From positions 56,737 to 120,736 of the forward strand of contig JAEUOU010000006.1 in the NCBI GenBank assembly GCA_016790575.1: a DNA stretch of 64,000 nt, written 5' to 3'. The position numbers and the translations under genes were made by a program. Below the pieces are notes generated by a model, which ran no database searches, had not been told where the DNA came from, and saw only the letters and a program-made list of their open reading frames with translations. This document shows positions 36,418 through 44,751 of the stretch, piece after piece. This DNA comes from Burkholderiaceae bacterium (GTDB lineage Bacteria; Pseudomonadota; Gammaproteobacteria; Burkholderiales; Burkholderiaceae_C). Numbering within the stretch: the first letter of the stretch is position 1; each line of letters begins with the position of its first letter.

Positions 36418-37805
36418 CGTGCAGCTTTCGTGGAGGGGTGGGTAAAGGGTCGCGCGGGTTGCGGTTCGACGGCCTGCCGGATGAGAGTCGCGTCGTGCTC
36501 GGCGGGTTCCCGGTAAGGCGCTGGCCAGCCCAGCAGGGCGCTGGCTTCTTCACACCGCGCGCGCAGGTCGGAGGCATCGCGCCCGCCCAGGTGGAGAATG
36601 CCGTACCGGTAGCTGCCCAGCCATTTGAAATCGCGTTCGACGGACCCTGCGCTTTTCGGAAAAGGCAGCAGCAGCGCATCGGGGAAGGCCTCGGCCAAGG
36701 CCATGCGCCGGGCCGCCGTCGGCTGGCAGACCACCGCATCAGGCTGGAAGCTGCGGTAGACGAAACTGGCCGCCGCCCCTGCCACCGGTGCCACCGAAGG
36801 AACGCGTGCGGGGTCCTCGCCGTGCGCCAGCGCCAGCGCCAGGGCGTGCAGGTCGATACCGACCACCCGCAAGTAGAGGTCGGAGAACTGCGACGCCATG
36901 CGTGGGTTGAATTCGATGACCGTCAGCCGGTCCCGGGCGGCGTCGTAGAAGAACTCCATGTTGAACAGGCCGTGGCGGAAGCCCGCCGCCTGCAGAAAGC
37001 GGCGGGCCACGTCCAGCGCCCGCGCCTGTACCGCCGGCGGCAGGGCACTGGGCAGCTCGAAGCGCATGAAGGCCTGGGTGCCGGGGTACATGACAGCGTC
37101 CACCACACCCACGGCATGAACCTGTCCGTCAAAGACATAGCCGTCCAGGTTGAACTGCGCCGCGCGAACCGGTGCCTCCAGCAGCAGACGGTGCGCGCTG
37201 GGCAGGTCCGGGTCGAGGCGGCGCCGGGCGATCCGTTCGAACGGCTCCACCAGGTGGCGGATGACCCACAGCTCCCAGGCGCCGAAGCGGGTGTGCCGGT
37301 GCAACTCGGCGTGGTTGTGCACGGTGCGCGCCAGCACGGAAAACGCCGCCTTCACCGGCTTGACAAAGCGCGGGTAGTCAATGCCGGTGGGCACCGGGGC
37401 GCCGTATTCGGCCTGCAGCAGCGCAAACGGCACGTTGGCCTCAGGCGCCACCCGCTCCAGGACCGTGCGGGCCAGCCATTTGTGCTGGCACGTCAGGATG
37501 GCGTCGACCGGGGTGCCGGGCCAGCCCATGCGTTCCGCCAGCATCGCGGCCGCGAGCGCCCCGAACTGCTCGTGCTGCGAGGTGACGGCGCTCCAGCCCC
37601 GGCCTGGAGCCTGCCGCGCCAGGCGGGCTACGAAGCGGTCCAGGTCGAACCAGGCCAGCCGCGCGTTGCTGGGAAACGAGAACAGGTCGAAACCGGCTTC
37701 GTCCAGTTGAATGCCCCGCGCCGCAGCGGCACGGGCATGGCCGACCGCGTCCCAGTCATAGTCGAACAGCGTCAGGGTTCGGGCACGCGAAGGGGGGGCT
37801 GTCAT
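36414..37805 (-). CDS. ATP-grasp domain protein
   Basis: About 463 aa with an ATP-grasp-like core (FVKPVKAAFSVLARTV...FNMEFFYDAARDRLTVIEFNPRMASQF). ATGA overlap with the upstream oxidoreductase stop. Confidence 0.65.
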   Translation of the reverse strand: MTAPPSRARTLTLFDYDWDAVGHARAAAARGIQLDEAGFDLFSFPSNARLAWFDLDRFVARLARQAPGRGWSAVTSQHEQFGALAAAMLAERMGWPGTPVDAILTCQHKWLARTVLERVAPEANVPFALLQAEYGAPVPTGIDYPRFVKPVKAAFSVLARTVHNHAELHRHTRFGAWELWVIRHLVEPFERIARRRLDPDLPSAHRLLLEAPVRAAQFNLDGYVFDGQVHAVGVVDAVMYPGTQAFMRFELPSALPPAVQARALDVARRFLQAAGFRHGLFNMEFFYDAARDRLTVIEFNPRMASQFSDLYLRVVGIDLHALALALAHGEDPARVPSVAPVAGAAASFVYRSFQPDAVVCQPTAARRMALAEAFPDALLLPFPKSAGSVERDFKWLGSYRYGILHLGGRDASDLRARCEEASALLGWPAPYREPAEHDATLIRQAVEPQPARPFTHPSTKAAR

Positions 37806-38941
37806 GAGGAATAGGTGCGCATGAAGCGGCGGTCGATGCGGTCTTTCCAGCGCCAGACCCAGCCGCCTTCGAAACTCAGTGGCCCCCACGCCCCGATCGC
37901 GGTGCGGGTACCGCAGGAGAGCAGGTTGAGCGTTCGTGTCTGGGGCCTGTAAGGCGTGAGCGCTTGCCCCGCCGCCGTCGCGCGCAAATTGGCCAGCAGC
38001 GGCGGGCCGGCCCGAACGGCATAGACGCCGCTGCGCGGGTGGGGCCGGTCCATCCGGCTGGCGACATCGCCGGCCGCAAAGACGTTCGCATGGCTGGTGC
38101 TTTGCTGGCAGGCGTTGACGGCGACAAACCCTTGCGCGTCCAGCGCCAGGCCACTGTCGGCGAGCCAGCCGGGCGCCTGCGCGCCAATGGCCAGAACCGG
38201 CGCGTCACAGTGCAGCCGCGCGCCGCCGGCCAGCAGCACTTCACCGGCGGCGAAGCCAGTGCAGCTGTCGCGCAGCACGGTAATGCCGTGGCTTTTCAGG
38301 GCGCGTGCGATCCGCCGGCGCACCGCTTCGGGATACGCGGCGCCAGGCTCGTCGGGCCCGCACACCAGCGTCACGTGCGATTGCGGCATGGTGCCGGGGC
38401 CGGTCAGCGCATGGTTCATGGCCATGGACAGCTCGATACCGGCCGCGCCGCCGCCGACCACCGCCACATGCAGGGGTCGCTCGCCGGCCAGCTCGACCAC
38501 CCGGGGCCACAGCATGGCAAAACGTTCGATCGGGCGCACCAGCAGGGCATGCTCCGTGGCGCCGGGCAGATGCCGGTCCAGCCAGGTGCGATCCAGCACC
38601 GGGCCGGTGTTGATGCTCAGCCACTCGAAGTCCAGTGTGCTTTCGTCGTCCAGAAAAACCGTGCGGTGGTCCGCGTCCAGGCCCACCGCATGCGCCTGCA
38701 CGAAGCGGGCGCCGGCCCGTTCCAGCAGGCGGGGCAGCGCAATCGCGCAGTCGTCGAGCGCATAGTGACCGGCAACAAAACCGGGCACCATGCCCGAATA
38801 CATCTGGCGCGGGTAGGGGGCCACCACCGTGACCATCAGGTCGGCGGGCCGGCTTTGCGCCAGGCCATGCAGGACCTGGACATGGGCGTGGCCGGCGCCA
38901 AGAAGGACCAGATGTTTGAGGGCCAGGGTCGACGTGGTCAT
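37802..38941 (-). CDS. FAD-dependent pyridine nucleotide-disulfide oxidoreductase family protein (the type found N-terminally fused to SelD in other genomes)
   Basis: HLVLLGAGHAHVQVL dinucleotide fold, a second fold VAVVGGGAAGIEL, and VFAAGDVAS. ATGA overlap with the upstream DUF3047 stop. Confidence 0.75.
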   Translation of the reverse strand: MTTSTLALKHLVLLGAGHAHVQVLHGLAQSRPADLMVTVVAPYPRQMYSGMVPGFVAGHYALDDCAIALPRLLERAGARFVQAHAVGLDADHRTVFLDDESTLDFEWLSINTGPVLDRTWLDRHLPGATEHALLVRPIERFAMLWPRVVELAGERPLHVAVVGGGAAGIELSMAMNHALTGPGTMPQSHVTLVCGPDEPGAAYPEAVRRRIARALKSHGITVLRDSCTGFAAGEVLLAGGARLHCDAPVLAIGAQAPGWLADSGLALDAQGFVAVNACQQSTSHANVFAAGDVASRMDRPHPRSGVYAVRAGPPLLANLRATAAGQALTPYRPQTRTLNLLSCGTRTAIGAWGPLSFEGGWVWRWKDRIDRRFMRTYSS

Positions 38942-39699
38942 GGCGAGAGTTTGACATCCCCGACAAAGGCCAGGCTGCGCCCGCCGGTGTTGTCGCTGTC
39001 CGTGCCGACCACCACCGCCGTCATCGGCGGCGTGGTGGGGCTTTCGTCGCCGAAGGCGCGCTGGAAGTCGGCGGCGATCGGGCGGCGGTGTTCGCGCCAC
39101 TGACCCAGGGGGCTGTCGCTGCCATCGACCACCAGCCAGCGCATGCGCCGGGTGTAGGCGTTGGCCAGCACGGTGCCGGCGGGCAATTGCGGGTCCCAGA
39201 CGTAACACAGGGTGGCCGCCGGAAGGGCTTCACCGGAAACGGTGCGCGCCAGGCGCAACAGGCTGCGTTCGCCCAGCGACAGGCGAGACAGTGGCTGGTC
39301 GAACATCACACACAGCTTGACGGCGGCATCGTCGCCGGCGCGCTGGCGCAGGTCGGCGCCGGGCACAGGCTGGTCGAGCCGCCAGCGCCAGGCCAGCGCC
39401 GTCTGCGGCTGTGCGGGCAACAGGGGCAGGTCGTGCACCAGTGTGCCGTATGAGGCCGTGCTGGCCAGGCGCAATACGGCGGCGCCGGGAACGAGGCGGT
39501 GGTCCAGCAGCATCGCACTCAATGGCACCTTGCCGCCGGGCAGTCCGACCGCCCGCCAGGCGGGCGGCGGTGCATCGCCGCGCCCGGCAGAAAAGGCGGC
39601 CAGCGGCCCCGCCGGGGGCAGTGCCGGCTCGGCCGACTGCGCCTCAGCGGCCCAGATCGTTGAGAGACCAGTCGTAATCGAGAAAAGAAATCGCCACAT
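38938..39699 (-). CDS. DUF3047-like secreted protein
   Basis: MWRFLFSITTGLSTIWAAEA signal peptide, WRAVGLPGGKVP, and AAVKLCVMFD...CYVWDPQLPAG. The start at 39699 overlaps the DUF547 3' end by 56 nt, so the start is uncertain. Confidence 0.6.
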   Translation of the reverse strand: MWRFLFSITTGLSTIWAAEAQSAEPALPPAGPLAAFSAGRGDAPPPAWRAVGLPGGKVPLSAMLLDHRLVPGAAVLRLASTASYGTLVHDLPLLPAQPQTALAWRWRLDQPVPGADLRQRAGDDAAVKLCVMFDQPLSRLSLGERSLLRLARTVSGEALPAATLCYVWDPQLPAGTVLANAYTRRMRWLVVDGSDSPLGQWREHRRPIAADFQRAFGDESPTTPPMTAVVVGTDSDNTGGRSLAFVGDVKLSP

Positions 39700-40465
39700 G
39701 GCGCTCCTGCAGTCGTTGCCGGTTGGGCGCATCGGACGCCAGGGTGTTGGCATAGCGGGCAAACACGTCTTCCAGGCGCGCAAAGCCCTGGTGGCCTTTT
39801 TCAAAGTCTTCACGGAACCATTTGAAGATACTCGAAACCTGCAGCCCGCCCGGACTGAGGCGGTTGCGGGTGCGATCACCAAGGAAGCGCTGCATGCCGT
39901 CTTCCAGCATGGCTTCCAGGCGATCGGCCGTGAAGGCTTGCGGAAACAGCGCGGGACAACCGATGCTGGCGCAGTTGACGGCCACATGCACGCGGGGCTC
40001 CTGGTAGCGCGGGCGAAGCTGCTCATGCTCGATCCAGTCCAGATGGCGGGTCTCGCCAAGCAGGGTGAAGAACTTTTTCTTCCAGGGCGATTGCAGCAAC
40101 GAGCCCAGATCCTTGATGGATTTGAGATCGGGGTATTGCGTCAGGATCAGCTCGATGGTGAAGCCGTTGTAGGCATTGATCAGAAAAACCATCTGTTCGG
40201 CGCGGGGCAGGGCGTTGAACTGGGCCGGGGTGACGGCAGACCATTGCGCCAGCACCGCCTGCAAGGCGGCGCGATCGGCGGCGAAGCCCCGGTAGTCCAC
40301 CCGCGACTGCCGGTTGTCGGGCAGCCAGCGCACATGCTTTTTCAGCAGTGCCTCCCAGGCCTGGTAGCGGGTGTCCAGCCCGGAATTCTGGGCAAAACCG
40401 GGCGTACCCAGCGTAAAAAGGTGCAATGCAGCTATATAAAAGATAGCGTTTCGGCGGGTGTTCAT
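39644..40465 (-). CDS. DUF547 domain protein (secreted)
   Basis: VDYRGFAADRAAL, MVFLINAYNGFTIELIL and HVAVNCASIGCPAL are typical of DUF547. The N-terminal signal peptide is encoded by repeat copy B. Confidence 0.65.
   Translation of the reverse strand: MNTRRNAIFYIAALHLFTLGTPGFAQNSGLDTRYQAWEALLKKHVRWLPDNRQSRVDYRGFAADRAALQAVLAQWSAVTPAQFNALPRAEQMVFLINAYNGFTIELILTQYPDLKSIKDLGSLLQSPWKKKFFTLLGETRHLDWIEHEQLRPRYQEPRVHVAVNCASIGCPALFPQAFTADRLEAMLEDGMQRFLGDRTRNRLSPGGLQVSSIFKWFREDFEKGHQGFARLEDVFARYANTLASDAPNRQRLQERHVAISFLDYDWSLNDLGR
40382..40448 (-). repeat. Dispersed repeat family, copy B (reverse orientation, inside the 5' end of the DUF547 CDS)
   Basis: The reverse complement CGCTATCTTTTATATAGCTGCATTGCACCTTTTTACGCTGGGTACGCCCGGTTTTGCCCAGAATTCC aligns with copies A, C, D and E. 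Confidence 0.8.
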
Positions 40466-40466
40466 G

Positions 40467-42629
40467 TCAGCCTCGCTTCCAGTCGTGGAATTTCCGCACC
40501 CACTGCAGCAGGCGCTGCGGCGCATGGGCCCGTTTCCATTCGCCGGCGGCGTATTTGTTGGCTTCTGCCAGGGTCGGATAGGTGTGGATGGTGCCCAGAA
40601 TCTTGTTCAGGCCCAGGCCATGTTTCATGGCCAGCACATACTCGGCCAGCAGGTCGCCGGCATGGGTGCCGACAATGGTCACGCCCAGAATCCGGTCCTT
40701 GCCGGGCACGGTGAGCACCTTGACGAAGCCGTGCGCCTCGCTGTCGGCGATGGCGCGGTCCAGATCGTCGATTCCGTACTTCGTCACCTCGTAGGCAATG
40801 CCTTTTTCCTTCGCTTCCTGCTCGTTCAGGCCGACACGGGCCACTTCGGGGTCGATGAAGGTGGCCCAGGGGATGACCGAGTAGTCCGCCTTGAACTTGC
40901 GGAAGTCGCCGAACAGGGCATTGACGGCGGCATACCAGGCCTGGTGCGCGGCGGTGTGGGTGAACTGGAACGGCCCGGCCACGTCGCCGGCGGCAAAAAT
41001 GTTGGGGTAGATCGTCTGCAGGTATTCGTTGGTCTCGACCGTGCGGTTCGTCGGGATGCCCAGGTCTTCCAGGCCGTAGCCGGTCAGCCGCGCGACACGG
41101 CCGACGGCGCACAGCAGCTGGTCGAAGGCGATGCGCTTCTCCACCCCATCGTGTTCCACCACCAGCGTCTTCTCGCCGTTCACCCGCTCGCAGCGCAGCG
41201 CCTTGTGGCCGGTGAGCACGGCCACGCCGTCGGCTGCCAGCGAGGCCTTCGCGAGTGCCGAGACCTCCTCATCCTCGCGGATCATCAGGCGCGGCGCCAT
41301 TTCGACCTGCGTGACCTGCGCCCCCAGCCGCGCAAAACTTTGCGCCAGTTCGCAGCCGATAGGGCCGCCGCCCAGCACCACCAGGCGCCTGGGCACCTCG
41401 TCGAGCCGGGCAAATGCATCCCACAGCGTGTCGCTGGTGACGTAGCCCACGTCATCCAGCCCCGGCAGCGGCGGCACGAAGGGCCGGGCGCCGGCCGCGA
41501 TGACGATGCTGCGGGCCGTGAGCCGCTGTGTTCCGCCGCCGGTGAGCGCAATCTCCACCGTCCACGGGTTGACCAGTTTCGCGTAGCCCTGCAACACCTC
41601 CACCCCCAGGCCGGTGTAGCGTTCCACGCTGTCGTGTGGCGCGATGGCCTGGATCACGTCGTGGATGCGCTGCATCACCGCCTTGAAACGGAATCCGGGC
41701 GTGGCATCGGACAGGCCGTAGCGCGAGGCGTGACGCATCTGGTGCGCCAGCTTGGCGCTGCGGATCAGCGCCTTGCTCGGCACGCAGCCGTAGTTCAGGC
41801 AGTCGCCGCCCATCTTGTGGGCTTCCACCAGCGTGACTTTGGCCTTCACCGCCGCGGCGATGTAGGCACTGACCAGGCCGCCCGCGCCGGCGCCGATCAC
41901 GATCAGGTTGCGGTCGAAGCGCTGTGGCCGCTGGGGCGCCCACCGGGCGTAGACCTTGCGCTTCTGGACCGCTTCGACCAGCCTGCGCGCCATCAAGGGG
42001 AACAGGCCCAGCAGCACAAAGCTGCCCAGCAGGGCGGGGCTGAGAATGCCCTGGAGGGAATTGAGCTGGCCCAGTTGGGTGCCGGCATTCACATACACCG
42101 CCGTGCCCGCCAGCATGCCCAGCTGGCTGACCCAGTAGAAGGTCCGGGCCTTCATCTTTGTCAGGCCCATCAGCAGGTTGATGACAAAAAACGGGACCAC
42201 GGGGATCAGGCGCAGGGTGAACAGGTAGAAGGCACCGTCCTTGTCGATGCCGCGGTTGATCTCGGCCAGCCGCTGCCCGAAGCGGCTTTGCACGCTGTCG
42301 CGCAGCAGAAATCGTGCGGTCAGAAAGGCCAGCGTCGCGCCGATGCTGGAGGCAAACGACACCAGCAGCAAGCCCCAGCCCAGGCCGAACAGGGCACCAC
42401 CGGCCAGGGTCACGATCGTGGCGCCGGGCAGCGACAGCGCCGTCACCGCCACATAGGTCACGAAATAGGCCGCCGCCATGGTCAGGGGCTGCGTGGCGCG
42501 CAGTTCTGCGAAGCGGGCCTGGCTTTCCTTGAGAAATTCGAGGCTGAAATAGCGGTTCCAGCCCAGGGCGAAAAACGCCCCGACGGTGGCCACAAGCGCC
42601 AGCAGGACCAGGATTTTTCTCACGTTCAC
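40467..42629 (-). CDS. Fusion: N-terminal TVP38/TMEM64 (DedA-like) membrane domain plus C-terminal class-I flavoprotein disulfide reductase (mercuric reductase/dihydrolipoamide dehydrogenase-like)
   Basis: 720 aa. About the first 230 aa are hydrophobic, with FYLFTLRLIPVVPFFVINL. This is followed by LIVIGAGAGG and the GGDCLNYGCVPSK redox-active CxxxxC, and a C-terminal dimerisation region HTYPTLAE. Confidence 0.8.
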   Translation of the reverse strand: MNVRKILVLLALVATVGAFFALGWNRYFSLEFLKESQARFAELRATQPLTMAAAYFVTYVAVTALSLPGATIVTLAGGALFGLGWGLLLVSFASSIGATLAFLTARFLLRDSVQSRFGQRLAEINRGIDKDGAFYLFTLRLIPVVPFFVINLLMGLTKMKARTFYWVSQLGMLAGTAVYVNAGTQLGQLNSLQGILSPALLGSFVLLGLFPLMARRLVEAVQKRKVYARWAPQRPQRFDRNLIVIGAGAGGLVSAYIAAAVKAKVTLVEAHKMGGDCLNYGCVPSKALIRSAKLAHQMRHASRYGLSDATPGFRFKAVMQRIHDVIQAIAPHDSVERYTGLGVEVLQGYAKLVNPWTVEIALTGGGTQRLTARSIVIAAGARPFVPPLPGLDDVGYVTSDTLWDAFARLDEVPRRLVVLGGGPIGCELAQSFARLGAQVTQVEMAPRLMIREDEEVSALAKASLAADGVAVLTGHKALRCERVNGEKTLVVEHDGVEKRIAFDQLLCAVGRVARLTGYGLEDLGIPTNRTVETNEYLQTIYPNIFAAGDVAGPFQFTHTAAHQAWYAAVNALFGDFRKFKADYSVIPWATFIDPEVARVGLNEQEAKEKGIAYEVTKYGIDDLDRAIADSEAHGFVKVLTVPGKDRILGVTIVGTHAGDLLAEYVLAMKHGLGLNKILGTIHTYPTLAEANKYAAGEWKRAHAPQRLLQWVRKFHDWKRG

Positions 42630-42856
42630 GGGGGCTCCAGAGGAATGACGCAGTGGTACTGTGTCGCGGGGACGGAGCCATTCTTACACCGCGCCACGTT
42701 TTTCGCCGGCCCATCGCGTGTGTGGCCGGCCTGTAAGACAATGCCGCGCCCGCCGACCGACACGTCGGGGTGCGGGTGTGGGTGAATTGGCCGGCGGTGG
42801 TGCGCCGGACGTACAAGCCGCCTACCATCGCAAGGCAGAACTGGAACGGAGAAACC

Positions 42857-43735
42857 ATGAGCCAGAAACGGGTCGGTGTGATTGGCGGCAGTGGCCTGTA
42901 CGCCATGGAGGCGCTGGAGCAGGCGCAGGAACAGCGGGTCCAGACCCCGTTTGGCGAGCCGTCAGACGCCATCGTCACCGGCACGGTGGCCGGGGTGCCG
43001 GTCGCCTTTCTGGCCCGCCACGGGCGGGGCCACCGGCTTTTGCCCTCGGAAGTGCCCTACCGTGCCAACATCCATGCGCTCAAGCAACTGGGCGTGCGCT
43101 ACCTGCTGTCGATGTCGGCCGTGGGGTCCCTGCGGGAAGACTTTCGCCCGCTCGATCTGGTGTTGCCCGACCAGTTCATCGACCTGACCACCCGTCGCGA
43201 CAGCACCTTTTTCGGTCAGGGTGCGGTGGCCCATGTGTCGATGGCGCAGCCCGTCTGCCCGGTGGCGGCAGCGGCGCTGGCGCACGCGGCGCGCGACGAG
43301 CTGGCGCGCGAGGGCAACCCCGACGGCGTGCGACTGCATGAATCGGGTACCTACGTCTGCATTGAAGGGCCGCAGTTTTCCAGCCTGGCGGAATCGCAAC
43401 GCTACCGGGCCATGGGCGCCGGGGTCATCGGCATGACCAACCTGCCCGAAGCCAAACTTGCCCGCGAGGCCCAGATCGGATATGCCACGCTGGCCATGGT
43501 CACCGACTATGACTGCTGGCACCCCCGCGAGGCCCATGTGACGGCCGACATGGCCTTGCAGAACCTGTTTCGCAACGCGGCGCGGGCCCAGCGGGTCGCC
43601 GCGGCCGCCATCGCGCGGCTCGGCGCCGAATGGCCCGAAAGCCCGGCCCACACCGCCTTGTCCCACGCGCTGGTCACCCAGCCCGACGCCATGGCGCCGG
43701 CCGTTCGCCAGCGCCTGGCGGCCTTGCTGGCCTGA
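42857..43735 (+). CDS. mtnP: S-methyl-5'-thioadenosine phosphorylase-like purine nucleoside phosphorylase
   Basis: RVGVIGGSGLY, FLARHGRGHRLLPSEVPYRANIHALKQLGV and GMTNLPEAKLAREA motifs. Confidence 0.85.
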   Translation: MSQKRVGVIGGSGLYAMEALEQAQEQRVQTPFGEPSDAIVTGTVAGVPVAFLARHGRGHRLLPSEVPYRANIHALKQLGVRYLLSMSAVGSLREDFRPLDLVLPDQFIDLTTRRDSTFFGQGAVAHVSMAQPVCPVAAAALAHAARDELAREGNPDGVRLHESGTYVCIEGPQFSSLAESQRYRAMGAGVIGMTNLPEAKLAREAQIGYATLAMVTDYDCWHPREAHVTADMALQNLFRNAARAQRVAAAAIARLGAEWPESPAHTALSHALVTQPDAMAPAVRQRLAALLA

Positions 43736-43760
43736 TCGCCCATCCGACGGAGCATCCACC

Positions 43761-44723
43761 ATGCATGACACCTTGCCACGCCTGACCGCCATTGCCTTTC
43801 CCCCCTTGCAGCGGGGCCGGCTGGACACCCTGCAGGTCAACCTCGGCTACCGCTGCAACCAGAGCTGCCTGCACTGCCATGTCAACGCCGGCCCGAACCG
43901 CACCGAGATGATGGACGAGGACAACATCGCCCTGATTGCCGAGGTGCTGCGCCAGCGCGGGCTGGGGACGCTGGACCTCACCGGCGGCGCGCCCGAACTG
44001 CACCCGGGCTTTCGCGCGCTGGTGCGTCAGGCGCGCGGCCTGGGTGTGCGGGTCATTGACCGCTGCAACCTGACCATCCTGTCCGAGCCCGGGCAGGACG
44101 ATCTGGCCGCCTTTCTGGCCGAGCAGGCGGTGGAAGTGGTGGCATCGCTGCCCTGCTACTCGGCAGGCAATGTCGACCGCCAGCGCGGCGACGGCGTGTT
44201 CGAGCGCAGCATCGAGGGGCTGCGGGCCCTCAACGCGCTCGGTTACGGACAGCCCGGTTCTTCCTTGCGGCTGAACCTGGTCTACAACCCGCAGGGGCCG
44301 TCCCTGCCGCCGGACCAGAAACGCCTGCAGGCGGACTATCAGCGCGAACTGGCCGAGCATTTCGGCGTGGTCTTTCACGAACTGCTGGCGCTGACCAACA
44401 TGCCCATCCAGCGCTTCGGCTCGACGCTGGTGTCCAAGGGCAGTTTCGACACCTACATGGATCTGCTGCGCGGCAGCTTCCGCCCCGAGAATCTTGACGG
44501 CGTCATGTGCCGCAGCCTGGTCAGCGTGGACTGGCAAGGCTGGCTCTACGACTGCGATTTCAACCAGCAGCTGGGTCTGCCGGCTGGCCACAGCAATGTG
44601 CGCCGCCACTTGCGCGACCTGCTGCAGCGTGACCTGTCAGGCCAGGCGATCCGTGTCGCCGGCCATTGTTATGGCTGCACGGCGGGGCAGGGAAGCAGCT
44701 GCGGCGGAGCCCTGGCGGCCTGA
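43761..44723 (+). CDS. arsS: Radical SAM/Cys-rich-domain protein of the ArsS (arsenosugar biosynthesis) family
   Basis: NLGYRCNQSCLHCHVNAGP (CxxxCxxC) and the C-terminal Cys cluster VAGHCYGCTAGQGSSCGGAL. There is no in-frame TGA, so this is the Cys form. Confidence 0.8.
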   Translation: MHDTLPRLTAIAFPPLQRGRLDTLQVNLGYRCNQSCLHCHVNAGPNRTEMMDEDNIALIAEVLRQRGLGTLDLTGGAPELHPGFRALVRQARGLGVRVIDRCNLTILSEPGQDDLAAFLAEQAVEVVASLPCYSAGNVDRQRGDGVFERSIEGLRALNALGYGQPGSSLRLNLVYNPQGPSLPPDQKRLQADYQRELAEHFGVVFHELLALTNMPIQRFGSTLVSKGSFDTYMDLLRGSFRPENLDGVMCRSLVSVDWQGWLYDCDFNQQLGLPAGHSNVRRHLRDLLQRDLSGQAIRVAGHCYGCTAGQGSSCGGALAA

Positions 44724-44751
44724 AACCCGGTGTGAACCCCGTTGCGGAGCG

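Noticed and set aside
40458-42785. 775-aa plus-strand ORF
   Set aside because: It is antisense to the TVP38-flavoprotein fusion, which has clear FAD/NAD and CxxxxC motifs. The plus-strand product is Arg/Gly/Ala/Gln-rich with no recognisable domain.
43761-44723. Possible selenocysteine (in-frame TGA) recoding in the ArsS-family gene, and likewise in the YHS protein (35803-36417), because I recall these families having selenoprotein members
   Set aside because: Both ORFs are uninterrupted, and the relevant positions are Cys codons (HCYGC..., GGYCANG). There is no in-frame TGA and no SECIS-like hairpin to explain.
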